A model generated the notes under the pieces. The model was not told the origin of the DNA. It saw only the letters and a program-made list of their open reading frames with translations, and did not search any database. A stretch of 63,996 nucleotides of DNA, counting the filler, from Octopus bimaculoides (Eukaryota), in the NCBI RefSeq assembly GCF_001194135.2. It is 6 parts of 6 records of this genome, joined end to end, with 100 filler letters (N's around TTAATTAATTAA, not from the genome) between each part and the next. Parts side by side here need not be neighbours in the genome. Positions count along the whole stretch, not along the records: positions 21,777 to 38,814 come from NC_068992.1; positions 38,915 to 51,633 come from NC_068981.1; 4 more parts are not named here. One strand, 5' to 3'. Positions 38,126 through 50,042 of the stretch are shown here, piece by piece. The position numbers and the translations under genes are program-made. Each line of letters opens with the position of its first letter. The stretch's first letter is position 1.

Positions 38126-38469
38126 ACTCCTGACACACTCACGCACGCAAATGAAATTGCATGTGCATGCATGTATGTGTGCATGTGACCGCATGATGGC
38201 AAAGACAAAACTAATCGATGCTAGGCTGACGACGACGCTGCTAACAATACTGCTTCAAGTAGTCGCTAGTTTTCGGCTCTATTAGTTTTGTTGCTCCTGT
38301 TTGGCCTTCGCCGGTTAAATAACAGGTTTCTCACATCTCGGTTGAAATACAGCCTGAGCGATTAAGTGATTAACTAAGACGAAATCCACATCGACGGAGA
38401 TGTATCGTTGCATTGCAGTAATATGTACACACACATATATATTTATGCGTGTGTGTTATTTCTATACTA

Positions 38470-38690
38470 CCCACATGGGGCTACACACAGAGGGGACAAA
38501 CAAGGACAGACAAACACGGATTAAGTCGATTATATCGACCCCAGTGCGTAACTGGTTCTTATTTAATCGACCCCGAAAGGATAAAAGGCAAAGTCGACCT
38601 CGGCGGAATTTGAACTCAGAACGTAGCGGCAGACGAAATACGGCTAAGCATTTCGCCCGGAGTGCTAACGTTTCTGCCAGCTCGCCGCGC
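38470..38690 (-). mobile_element. SINE family D, full length, little decay
   Basis: Minus strand: ggcgagctggcagaaacgttagcac...gagttcaaattccgccgaggtcgactttgccttttatcctttcggggtcgattaaataag; CpGs retained. Confidence 0.85.
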
Positions 38691-39116
38691 GCGCGCGCGC
38701 GTGTATTGTATGTATATATGAGTAAGTAGATGCACGGGGAACTAGTTATATAGATAGATAATAAGGGAGAGAGAGAGAGAGAGAGAGTGAAAAGAAGATG
38801 TACACGATGGTGTTNNNNNNNNNNNNNNNNNNNNNNNNNNNNNNNNNNNNNNNNNNNNTTAATTAATTAANNNNNNNNNNNNNNNNNNNNNNNNNNNNNN
38901 NNNNNNNNNNNNNNCTGCTGGTCGAGGTGAGAGGGATAACTCCCTTGGCAAACAGGACACAGTCGTGTGTCGATAAGCCAGCTGGAGGAGATGTCCTCCT
39001 GGGGCTAAAAGCAACAGTAACATCCACCCCTAGGGGTCAGCCACACTTAAGTGGCAATATACTACACTTTATCGTGCAGTTACTGTTAATACTTCATATA
39101 GAGAATTAACATTGCT

Positions 39117-39148
<32 letters not shown>

Positions 39149-39399
39149 CATATATATATTATATATTCATAAAACAATGTTATTTTATTGTTACTATAAT
39201 AAGAATTTATTTATTTTTATTCATACTAATAAAGTATATTCAATTTTGTCGGGATTTTTATTTGGTGTGCTGCAAAATAAATTCTCCTCGTCAAAAAGTG
39301 TCAAAAAGTTAAAAAGTTTGGCAGACACTGCTGTAAATTAATGGGAGAGTCTGTGGTTATGACAACTGAAATATTGGGCAGCATGGGTCTGGTTCACTT

Positions 39400-40640
39400 T
39401 CAATGTAGTAAAGTTTACTGATTCAGCTTATACCTTGATTTCAGCAAGGCATTTGACAGAGTGGACCACAAAATCCTGCTGAAGAAACTGTCCAACTTTG
39501 GAGTCCGTGGAAAGCTACTGCAGTGGATAAAGTGTTTCCTAATGATCAGAACTCAACATGTGTTTGAGGGAATATGATTCAGCTCAGCCAAAGTCAGTAG
39601 TGGTGTCCCACAAGGTTCTGTGTTGGGCCCACTCCTCTTCATTATCTACATCAATGACATAGTAGACATCATCAAACATTCAACATTGAAAATCTTTGCA
39701 GATGATTCCAAACTCCAGAAATCCATAAACATGCCTTGAGTTGGATCTGTTTGCTGTTGTCCAATGGGCAGAAAAAAACAATATGCTTCTAAATGAAGAT
39801 AAGTTTAATTTGATCCACTTTGGAAAAGACGATACCCTGAAACTACCATTTGCTCTTCCTTCAGGTGACTCCCTAGTGTCATCCAACAATACCAGAGACC
39901 TTGGAGTAATTGTTGATAACAATCAAAGCTGGAGTTCTCATGTAAACAGCAAGGTTAACTTGGCCCGCAAGATGTGCTCCTGGATTCTGAGGACTTTGCG
40001 GTCTAGAGATGCCCACACCATCATCCTTCTCTACTTTTGCCCAACCCCACCTTGAATACTGCTGCCCACTGTGGTCTCCCCACACAAAGCAACTCATTAT
40101 GAAAGTGGAAGCACTCCTGTGGTCAATAACAAGAAAGATAGACAGCATGACAGGCATTGACTATTGGGGTCAACTAAAAAAAACTCAATCTCTACTCTCT
40201 CCAACACCACTGGGAGCACTACATCATTTGTGTGATGTAGAAAAATATCCCATCAATATTGCACAAATGATGTTGCCATCAATTTTAAAATCCATCCAAG
40301 ACTTGGCCCCCCGTGCTATCCACCCACTACAAAAATCAAACTCAGGACATATGACAACATTACGTCACAACTACTTTACCTCAACCGGTTCAGCTCTCTT
40401 TAATACCATACGAAAATATGTCAAAACAGAAACGGATCCCATAAAATTCAAAAGTTCACTGGACAAACTTCTTCAAAAAATCCTGGACCAACCTCCTACA
40501 CCCGGATATGTCTCCAACAATAATAACTCTTTGCTAGAGTGGGCCACGGTGCACCCATATATGACTAAAAGACTTCACCAGGTGGTGCTATTAAGCTAGA
40601 TCTGGCCTGGGCCTATACTGGCCGAAACCTATCAAAGTTA
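39400..40640 (+). mobile_element. 5'-truncated CR1/L2-group LINE, RT domain to 3' end, frameshifted
   Basis: [65 protein letters not shown]. Confidence 0.92.
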
Positions 40641-40779
40641 TAAATCAACAAAGATATTTGAAATTTGTTATATGTGGTCATAAATTGGACAAACATAAAA
40701 ATTACATAATGTGCAATAGAGCACAGATATGAATTAATACATTATGTTTAAGGATACACACATGCAATATCTGATATCT

Positions 40780-41360
40780 AACTGTGGAGGGAACTTGTGG
40801 TAGAGGTAGACCCAGGTAGACATGGGACAAAGTCATGAAACATAATCTTTGAACGTTGGACCTCATGGAGGTGATGACAAGTGGCTGAGAGCTCTGGTGA
40901 TATGCTGTGCATGAGAAGACTCATCAGGACAAGTGAAATCATAGTTGTAGTTATGCTAGTGTCATGCAGGTGCCATGTAAATAACACCTGTGCACTGTAA
41001 CCGTGGTCGTTGATGGTACCATGCAAATGGCACCCATAAATCATAGTCATGGTCGCTGTTGGTGCCGTGTAAATGGCATCTGTACATTGTGGTTGTGGTC
41101 ATTTCCGGTGCCACGTAAATGGCACCCACTCATGAGCTGCAGTCATGGTTGTTGCCAGTGTCATGTAAATGGCACCCATACTGATGCATGTAAAAGCACC
41201 CATTACACTCCTGGAGTGGTTAGTGTTAGGAAGGGCATCCAGCTGCAGAAACCATGCCAAATCAGACTGGAACCTAGTGCAGCTCTCCAACTCATCAGCC
41301 ATAGTCAAACCGTCTAACCCATCCCAGCATGGATAGTGGATGTTAAATGATGATGATGAC
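40780..41360 (+). mobile_element. RTE LINE 3' end
   Basis: GRGRPR*TWDKVMKHNL-like C-terminus, repeated 3' UTR units, tail gttaaatgatgatgatg. Confidence 0.8.
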
Positions 41361-42065
41361 AATATANNNNNNNNNNACACATATATAGATTACTGTTCAA
41401 GTACTCCATCCAGTGAGAGATAAATATCATTTAATGTACACAGTATTTAAAATAAAAGCTACTAATAGTTTCTCGCCATAGAGACTCTGAGATTAGGCAG
41501 ATTCATATATCATGCTTGTGTCTCCAAGAAATCTTTACGCTCAGGCCATATGGTTAGTGCTGCTTGAAAACAAGATGCTGGTACATGAGAAATCACGAGA
41601 AAAGAACATACAGGAACATTAAATATATGAAGTGGTCCATTATTAGTTTCGTACCATCAGACAATACTGGTAATTTTAAATGCGATTATGGCCTTGAGGA
41701 AATGTATTATATAATTACTTCTAAATTAGAATTATTAAATTGTAGAAATAATTTTACATTGAAATGTTCTCATAAATATAGAAAAACATTTAAATATTTC
41801 AATAGTAAATAATCCGTTAATTATAATTGCTGTTTCTATAATCTAAGACGCATAATTTTTCTAAAAAAGTTTTCAGCATATTTAATAGATAGATAACTAA
41901 TTGTCATGATGTAGAATTTCTGTTTAGTTTTTATTCTCTCATTATCTATTGACGTCATCAACGTTCTTTTTCAATGTGTTCATCTATTGGAGACATTTTC
42001 TTAGTTCACTTTGAATTTAGCCCATTTTGGATTGCCTTGATAACATTGTGTTAGCATATATTTTT

Positions 42066-42101
<36 letters not shown>

Positions 42102-43704
42102 ATTTCACCGATATTCTATACCTTCTTTCTGTGCCTAAATATACTGCCACAATGGAAATGATTGTTGATAATGTGTGATGTAATCATCAATTAAAGATGT
42201 AATTTTCTCCGTTCTTGTTCTTACCAAATTTCTTGGAATTCTTCTAAGCAATATTTGGATTTATTTGTCATACATGATAAATTACCTTGGATGTTAATTC
42301 CACTGGAATTTATTGGGATCTGATTGTTTGATATAGTTAACTAAATGTTTGTATGTTTGTAGGTAGGTATATCATCATCACTGCTTTCCATGCAGTTCTT
42401 GTTTGGAGTTACTGTCCTAGTTGGTATGGTCAGGGGACAAAATTTCACTAGTCCATTTTCATTTGGCTTGGTTACTATGGCTGGAGGATTCGTGTGAATG
42501 CATGTATTTGTGTGTGTGTGTGTGCATAGCTGTCTCCTTGCCTAGATATCATGAAACAGCTGTAAACTAGTGTCACTTTCATGCAAACGAAGCCCTTCAT
42601 TTTTAATCTTTTTGAGATATGTCTGGTCATGGGAAAATATTACCTTTCTTGGAAACAAGAGAGGGTTGGTGACAGGAAGAGCATCTGGGTGTTGAAAATC
42701 TGTCATGACCCATGCAAGTATGGAAAAGTGGATGTTAAATCGATGATATTTTTATCTAACATTCTACCAATTTGTCAAGTTTACCAATCATATTCAATAT
42801 TCTAACCAATTCCAATCATATTTGATAACTTATTCACAAGAATTCTTGAACTATGTTTCAGCTTTTCTAGGACAAAGTTAATCTCCTCTTTTACTACCTT
42901 TTAGTAGGAATTCCATGTTCATTGTTTATATCTGCCTCTGAGGCAATGGCATGCATGTACTTCGCAATCTTTGTGATTCCGTTTTTTCACTGTTCGATTC
43001 AGAGTACGTTAAATCCAAAAGCAATTGAATAAAAAAAAGTCTTTTAAGACCAAAGACGTTTATTGGATTAAAAAAAAGAAAAGAATTTTTAAAAATAAAC
43101 ACAAATATATTTCCTACAGGAAATATATTTATATATATATTTTTTGTAAATTTTTAATTCTTTTTCTGGGTAGCAATCAGTTAAACGCTGGTGTTGTTAA
43201 TAATGAAGTAGTCACCAGATGCGGGCTCAAAATCCAAATCTGAAATAAATAAATGTATTATTATTGATAAACAAATAAATTACTGGTTCTTAAGTGGTGC
43301 ACCACAAGGAGTAACAAGTTGCTCAGTGGATTTATAAAAAAACATAATTTAACCCTTTAGCGGTGAAGTGCCTGTGTGCTCCAGTGACCCAGAGAGCTAT
43401 GCTGAAGGGAGAGAAATCTTCAGGCAGGTCTTACCAGGCCAGACAGGTCAAAGGGTAAGAGACAGACAAAACCTTAACGATAATAAATCGAAGCATCAAC
43501 AGCAGGGTATGGGTTTAGTTATCAGCAGGATCTAACAGATCAAATTCCTGGCTTTGAACTAGCAGAATGACCCTAATATTCCTAGTTAGATGGAAACTGC
43601 GGGACCATATGGAGCAGTGCCCTGTGACTCCTATAGTATGCACAATCGAAACCCCTAGATGAGAGATGATAGCATTCAGATTATTCTATCACAAATGTAG
43701 TACT

Positions 43705-44135
43705 TATTTATTCACAGCGTGATTGTTGCCAGAGCAGCTGTCTGGCTTCTGTGCCAGTGGCACGTAAATAACACCATTTGAGTGTGATCATTACCAGCGT
43801 CGCCTTCCTGGCACTTGTGCCGGTGGCATGTGAAAAGACATTCGAGCGAGGTCGTTGCCAGTGCCGCTGGACTGGCTCCTGTGCAGGTGGCACATAAAAT
43901 ACACCATTTTGAGTGTGGCCATTGCCAGTACTGCCTTACTGGCCTTCATGCCGGTAGCACATAAAAGCACGCAATACACTCTCAGAGTGGTTGGCATTAG
44001 GAAGGACATCCAGCTGTAGAAACTCTGCCAAATCAGATTGGAGCCTGGTGTAGCCATCCGGTTCACCAGTCCTCAGTCAAATTGTCCAACCCATGCTAGC
44101 ATGGAAGGCGGACGTTAAACGATGAGGATGATGCT
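43705..44135. mobile_element. RTE 3' UTR fragment ending in gttaaacgatgaggatgatg
   Basis: Same tggcac(g/a)taaaa units and ggttggcattaggaagg core as 51130-51497, which implies + orientation. Confidence 0.75.
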
Positions 44136-44364
44136 TTGAATTAATGATGCATTATCTCATAGCTTTGATATTTCAATGGTATGATAGTTTAGGTTTTGAA
44201 TGCCATTGTAGGGTAGGAATGAAAAACCAGATCTGGCCAGTTTGGCCAGATCTGGTAGAATGGTTGGGCCAGTTTCAAAGCTAAAGAGTTAAAGCTTTAG
44301 AAAATTTACCTTAATACTTGGAACATCTTGAAAGACATTAATCATAATTTTGTTATATAAAAAC

Positions 44365-44675
44365 TGGCACTCCATCACTTACTATGACCAGGATTCTAAT
44401 TGATTTGATCAATGGAACAACCTGCTTGTGAAATGAATGTGAAAGTGGCTGAGTACACCACAGACGCACTTACTCATAACATAGATTTGAAGTGACACAG
44501 GATGTGACATGGCTGGTCCTTTGAAATACAGGCAGGATTCATTTTTACCAGCGGAGTGGACTGGAGCATTGTAAAATAAGTGTCTTGCTCAAGGGCACAA
44601 TGCACCACCAGGTTTCAAGCTCATGGCCTTACAATCATGAACTGACTACCCTAACTACTTGGCCACGTGTCTTCA
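44365..44675 (-). mobile_element. SINE family C, diverged full length
   Basis: Reverse complement of 2204-2530 (tail module at 44365-44480, core aagtgtcttgctcaagggcac, head to 44675). Confidence 0.7.
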
Positions 44676-44822
44676 GTCAGTTTTGTCATATATGACTGTG
44701 ATTAATAACATACAGTAAACAACAGTTTTCCATATTCATTTGTTTGTTTCACAACTGTTTTTTCCATGCTAGCATGGGTTAGATGAATTTATTGAGACAA
44801 CTGTGTAAAGAAGTGCTGATTT

Positions 44823-45387
44823 CTAACTGTGGAGGAAACCTGTGGTAGAAGTAGACCCAGGAAGACTTGGGATGAGGTGGTGAAGCATGATCTTTGAACT
44901 TTGGGCCTCACAGAGGCAATGACTAGTGACTGAGACCTTTGGCAATATGCTGTGCTTGAGAAGACCCATCAAGCCAAGTGAAATCGTAGCCGTGGCTGAT
45001 GCTGGTGTCACATAACTGGTACCCATGCTGGTGGCATGTAAAAAGCACCTTTCGAACGTTGGGCCTTACAGAGGCAAAGTGGTTGAGCTCCTTTTGAGTG
45101 TTGGGCCTCACGGAGGCAATGACCAAGACCTTTGGCATTGCCGTGCTTGAGAAGAAGACCCTTCAAGCCAAGTAAATGGCACTCGTGCTGGTGGCATGTA
45201 AAAGCATCTTTTACAAAAAAAGAAAAGAGAGAGGGAGAGGAAGAGAGAGAGAGGGAGAGGAAGAGAGAGAGAGAGGGAGAGGAAGAGAGAGANNNNNNNN
45301 NNGAGGGAGAGGAAGAGAGAGAGAGAGGGAGAGGAAGAGAGAGAGAGAGGGAGAGGAAGAGAGAGAGAGTGAGTGTATGTGTGTTGT

Positions 45388-45421
<34 letters not shown>

Positions 45422-46200
45422 TTGTGTGTGAGAGAGAGTTGCTAACGTCCAACCTGTTACCTTACCGAAGAAAAGAAATAAACAAATAAACAAAAAGAAG
45501 AAACAAACAAAAAAAAGAGAAGAAGGGAAAGAAAGACTAGTACTTAAATCAGAGGCTCCATTCCGTTTAGAAATGATCCAGGTTGTGGTATCGGTCACAG
45601 ATATACCATTGATACTATCCAGATATTTGCCTTCTCTTCGAGCATTATTGATGTAGATAACAGTTGTAAATCTGAAATGTAAGACAAATTGAATAATTTG
45701 TATTGAAAATAAATAATTTTTAATTGTAATTGCTTGGTAATTAATTTGATATAAGACGAGTTGTTGAGATGGAAAGTGGTTACAACATTTGGGTCTTCCT
45801 TTTGAGTTTTGGGCCTCACGGAGGCAATGACCGAGACCTTTGGCATTACGTTGTGCTTGAGAAGAAGACCCATCAAGCCAAGTAAAATTGCAGTTGTGGA
45901 AGATAAAGGTATCACGCAAATTGGCACCCATGCTAGTGGCATGTAAAAGCATCCCGGTGTCACGTTGGTGGCACATAAAAGCACCCATTACACTCTGAGA
46001 GTGGTTGGCGTTAGGAAGGGCATCCAGCCGTAGAGAACCATGCCAAATCAGACTGGAGTCTAGTGCAGCCTTTCANNNNNNNNNNGTAGAGAACCATGCC
46101 AAATCAGACTGGAGTCTAGTGCAGCCTTTCAGCTTGCCAGCCCTGGTCAAACCGTCCAACCCATACCAGCATGGACAACAGACATTAAATGATGATGAAC
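44823..46200 (+). mobile_element. RTE 3' end with internal duplications, interrupted by (GA)n/(GT)n and unique DNA
   Basis: GRSRPRKTWDEVVKHDL at about 44845-44895; segment tgggcctcac(g/a)gaggcaatgac recurs at about 44902, 45060, 45101, 45810; tail at 46185-46197. Confidence 0.75.
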
Positions 46201-46422
46201 TGTTTATGTACAGTTTTATATCTTTTATTTTTTACTTGTTTTGGTCATTAGACTGTGGCCATGCTGGGGCACTGCTTTCAAGGAATTTTAGTCTAATGAA
46301 TCAACCCTGGAACTAATTTTTTTAAAGCCTGGCACCTATTCTATCGGGCTCTTTTGCTGAACTGCTAGGTTACAGGGACATAAACACACCAACATTCATA
46401 CATATATACATACATATACATA

Positions 46423-47222
46423 CAGGGTGTGAGGGGTAAATTGTTGCCATTTTATATTTTTAATTTCACACATGCACATTGTTTGTTTTTGATTTTGTTG
46501 ACTACACAGTATAGTAGGGTCAGTTGGGCACCATCTGTGAGAAAAACAGCACCATGACACAATTCACTCTGCCAGAAATTTGGAAACGACATGCTGTACT
46601 GCTTGGCATTTGCACTGGAAACTCCAGTATGAACATTTCAGTGTATTTGGGTGTCAAGCTGAGAACAGTGCAATCTGAGGACATATACGAAGAGTGATAA
46701 AAATCAAACATCCAGTTGACATCATGGTGTTTGGAGTGATCACTAGTGGTGGTGACGTTATGCCTCCATTCATCTTCTCACACTCAATACGGAGGCCTAC
46801 ATCAAGTGCCTGGAGGAGGTAATGCTGCCCTGGGTCAAGAGGGTGGCTGCTGGAAGGCGCTATGTCTGGCAACAGGACTCTGCATCATGCCACAGACATG
46901 GCTGTCAGACAATTTCTGCGACCACATCACCCCTAACATTTGGCCACTCAACTCCCCAGACTGCAACCCCCTTGATTATTATGTGTGGGGCCCAGTTGAG
47001 TGAGAGACCAACAAAACTCTTTGTAACACCAAAGATGAACTGAAAGCAAGGATTATGGCAGCATTCACCAACTTAAACAAGGAGACCGTCCAGAAGAGTT
47101 GCAGGAGATTACGAAGCCGTCTGGAGGCCATGGTTGAAACCAATGATGATTTTATTGAATGAATTTACTCTTTAGTATTTCAAGATATCTTTACGTAATT
47201 TTGGTAAATATATCTGTTAAAA
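46423..47222 (+). mobile_element. Tc1/mariner-superfamily relic of maT (DD37D)-like type, deleted, right TIR missing
   Basis: Left end ta|cagggtgtgagggg; VMVFGVITSGG, YVWQQDSASCH and WPLNSPDCNPLDYYVW with D as third catalytic residue in an NPLDY context. Spacing not countable because of a frameshifting deletion. Confidence 0.8.
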
Positions 47223-48049
47223 TACACACACACACACACACACACACATACATACATGCATACATACATGAGGCCCTGGGATATGTAACACACTGCCTAA
47301 ATACCAATCTTGAGAAATTAGATTTCTCAAAACCAGAAAGGAGAAAGCTAATTCAAAGACTACAGACCCAATCCATCACTGGAACTGTAAAAATCTGTAA
47401 AACTTTCCAGAAGTTTATCATTTAAATATATATGAGCATGTCTAGATATGTAACTATATGCATGAGAAGACGTACATAAAACAAAATATACAAATCTGCA
47501 TTTATACATAGATACATATAAACATACATAAATACATACATATATACAAACATACATACATATGTGTGTGCTTGTATATATTATACTTGATAACAGTTTG
47601 ATTCACCTCCAAATGACTTAAAGCTTTGTGAGTATGTAGCTGCAGTTCAATGACCAAAACAATTAAAAGATAATAATGATTTTTAAAAAAATTACAATAA
47701 TTCAGTGAAGAAAATAACAAAAAAGTAAAGCACAAAAGAATGTGTTTTGTCCAATTTTGTATTGTTTGCTTTGGAAAATTTTGTTAAATTTTTCACCAAG
47801 TAAAGACAGAAAGATTATTTCATAAAAGATTTTAATGACTTATTAAGACTCACGTAAAGCAGCTATTCGTTTGAGATGCTTTTGTTAGTAAATCTTCAAG
47901 AGTTACAGGATGCTGCTTTGTTACCGTGCTCTTGCACATTGAAACATTAAACTGTCTTAGATCGAATGTTACTGAGACATCTAAAATATAAGGATGAGAA
48001 CAGATTAATGAAAATAAAAAATCTTTCATAAAAAAACAACAACATAATA

Positions 48050-48261
48050 CAGGGTGGCCCAAAATTAGGTTTACAGTTATTCAACTATCTCTTTTGCAAT
48101 CATATATTAACAGCTTAGATCTTAATTATAATAAAATATGAAACCAGTATTCTATGCTAATTTAGTTAATTGTAAGGTAGAAATTTAAATGTAATAAAAT
48201 GTTTTAAAAGAAATTCAAAATGCCTACGTGATAAATGTAAACTTACTTTTGAGCCACCCTG
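48050..48261. mobile_element. Tc1/mariner-type MITE, about 212 bp
   Basis: ta|cagggtggcccaaaattaggtttaca ... tgtaaacttacttttgagccaccctg|tt. Confidence 0.75.
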
Positions 48262-48923
48262 TTTAATATGTTAATTAAATAATTGAACAAACAAAATAAT
48301 TATATGCCTAAATATGTCTATATTAAATAAGATTTGTAATTTTTCTCTCTAAGTGAAGGTGTGTGGCCAAGTGAGTAGGTTATTGCAATAACAATTGCAA
48401 AATCAGGTTTCAATTCCCAGGCTGGGCAGTACATTGTTTTCTTAAGCAAAACACTTCATTTCTCCTCTGCTTTTGTCCACTCAGCTCTGGCTGAGGGGAG
48501 AATGTTGTGATCTTGGTTACTTATACATTGTGGAAACTGGGTAACCGGACCTATGAATCACCAGGACTCACAGCAGTAATGCCCAAAGGACTTACTATCA
48601 ACCATATCTTTAGAGATTATGGAAATGTTTAAACTCAGTAACTGCACTGGCTGCATGTGTGTGTGTGTTTGGATGAGTGAGAGTGTGTGTATGTGTATGT
48701 TTTGATGAATGTGTGTGGGTGGTGGGGGTGGTGGCCAGTGATTTTATGCGCTTCCAGTGTACTCGGTTAAAAATTGAGTCCCAGTGGAGTGCTGGGACTC
48801 GTTCTCATCTCCCCAATACCCACCACATGGTTGGGAAACATCCCTCCAAACCACAGCTACACACAGAGTTTCTGTAGGGGAACATGTTTAATAAGCCCTA
48901 AAATTCACTCCATAATTGCCCAC

Positions 48924-48988
48924 GGGCATATGGCGTACTGGTTAAGAGTGCGGGCTACTAACCCCAAGATTCCAAGTTCGATTCCAGA
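48924..48988 (+). mobile_element. tRNA-derived SINE head (A box TGGCGTACTGG, B box AGTTCGATTCC)
   Basis: gggcatatggcgtactggttaagagtgcgggctactaaccccaagattccaagttcgattccag; no acceptor-stem 3' arm, so not a tRNA gene. Confidence 0.65.
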
Positions 48989-49004
48989 CAACAACAACAA
49001 CAAC

Positions 49005-49190
49005 ATCGAAAAATACCTTAGGAATGAGAACCCAGGTTCGAAATTTCCCCAAGACATCTGATGAAGGCTGGAGGGTATATCAGCCGAAATGTTGTGTTAA
49101 CAACAAACAAGATGAGGACAAACATCCATCGAATGTAAATAATGTAAATAATGTACATAATTCCTCATCTCTTAAATATAGAACTGTATT
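49005..49190 (+). mobile_element. Probable Penelope-like element terminal (pseudo-LTR) fragment
   Basis: Carries the hammerhead motif and ends in a short tandem (aatgtaaat)n-like tail; classification rests on the hammerhead architecture. Confidence 0.5.
49054..49097 (+). ncRNA. Minimal type I hammerhead ribozyme motif of Penelope-like-element type (possibly decayed)
   Basis: Stem I ACAT(49054-57)/GTGT(49094-97); core CTGATGA(49058-64); one extra A; stem II GGCTG(49066-70)/CAGCC(49081-85); GAAA(49086-89); then T-GTT. Stem III would be the 4-nt ATGT, a one-base change from the ACGT palindrome; predicted cut after 49093. Confidence 0.65.
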
Positions 49191-49850
49191 ATGTTTAATG
49201 TCAATGAAAATAGAACCGGGAAAATTGTTGTGGATTAACTGAAGATAAGTATGTGGAGGTTGGATGAATGTAATGTTTGGTTGCTGTGGTGACAACTAAC
49301 ATGTTTGAGTCTTATCAGACCTCTTCAAAGAGGCAAAGTTGACACACAACTACCAGGAAACAGAAAGACTTGAAGAGTATAGAGTTTGGTGTGAAAATAA
49401 TTCACTGGTTTGGCAATTTAAAATAATGGCATTGGGAAATTCCTCTTTAGCACTCAGATAACTCCATTGAATGTTATGATTATTTATTCAAATATGTTTT
49501 AAATTAATTATGCATTATCGTTTAGCTTTGAGACTCCTATGATGTAGTTGTTTATTTTCAGAATGTCCTTGTAGGTCAGGCATAAGAAGTCAGGTCTGGC
49601 CAGTTTGATCATAAAACAGAATATTTCAGCTGGAATGGCAGGGTTAAAGTATAAAAAAACATATAGTTACATATGGGCTACCATATTTAATGTGATAAAT
49701 TGAGAATAATTTTTTAATGTTAATCATAATGAGAAGAAAAGTAATCATTGTCAATTTAATATGCTTATACTAGCCAGGAAGTCCTATTGTTGATTAACAA
49801 AAACAGAACATTTTCAGCTAGATAAAGTAGAATGGTAGTTTTTAACTCAC

Positions 49851-50042
49851 TCAAAGGATTAGTGTTGGTCGTACTAGAATTCTGTTGGGTAATAGAAACT
49901 GGTTTTTTATCAACTTGGGAAGCAGCATCGAAAAATGGACTCCCGTTTGGATAAGAACCTGAAGCAGGCCACTGGTGTTGATGTGGATTATTATATGGTG
50001 TATCCACGTTGGGATAAATGGTACCAAACAGTGAGTTAGACA
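49851..50042 (-). CDS. Isolated internal exon (phase 1 to 1) of an unidentified gene, low-complexity S/N/P/Q-rich
   Basis: Strong acceptor ttttgttttttttcatttcag|TG, consensus donor A|gtgagt, 192 nt open: SNSLFGTIYPNVDTPYNNPHQHQWPASGSYPNGSPFFDAASQVDKKPVSITQQNSSTTNTNPL. Confidence 0.6.
   Translation of the reverse strand, partial: CLTHCLVPFIPTWIHHIIIHINTSGLLQVLIQTGVHFSMLLPKLIKNQFLLPNRILVRPTLIL

Noticed and set aside
40575-40635. Second hammerhead candidate (ggcc...ggccGAAAC) at the CR1 3' end
   Set aside because: No CTGANGA core upstream.
43375-43480. Possible RTE 5' UTR (gacccagagagctatgctg...acaggtcaaaggg) and an associated HDV-like ribozyme
   Set aside because: Resemblance is from memory only and I could not assemble an HDV double pseudoknot by eye; needs a Dfam and RNArobo search.
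37375-46130. Tandem duplications across 10-N gaps (37375-38109, 46020-46130, also 5680-5830)
   Set aside because: Identical or near-identical copies on both sides of minimal gaps indicate unmerged contig overlaps or haplotypes.
2204-48988. tRNA genes
   Set aside because: All A/B-box hits lack a complete cloverleaf and continue into SINE bodies.
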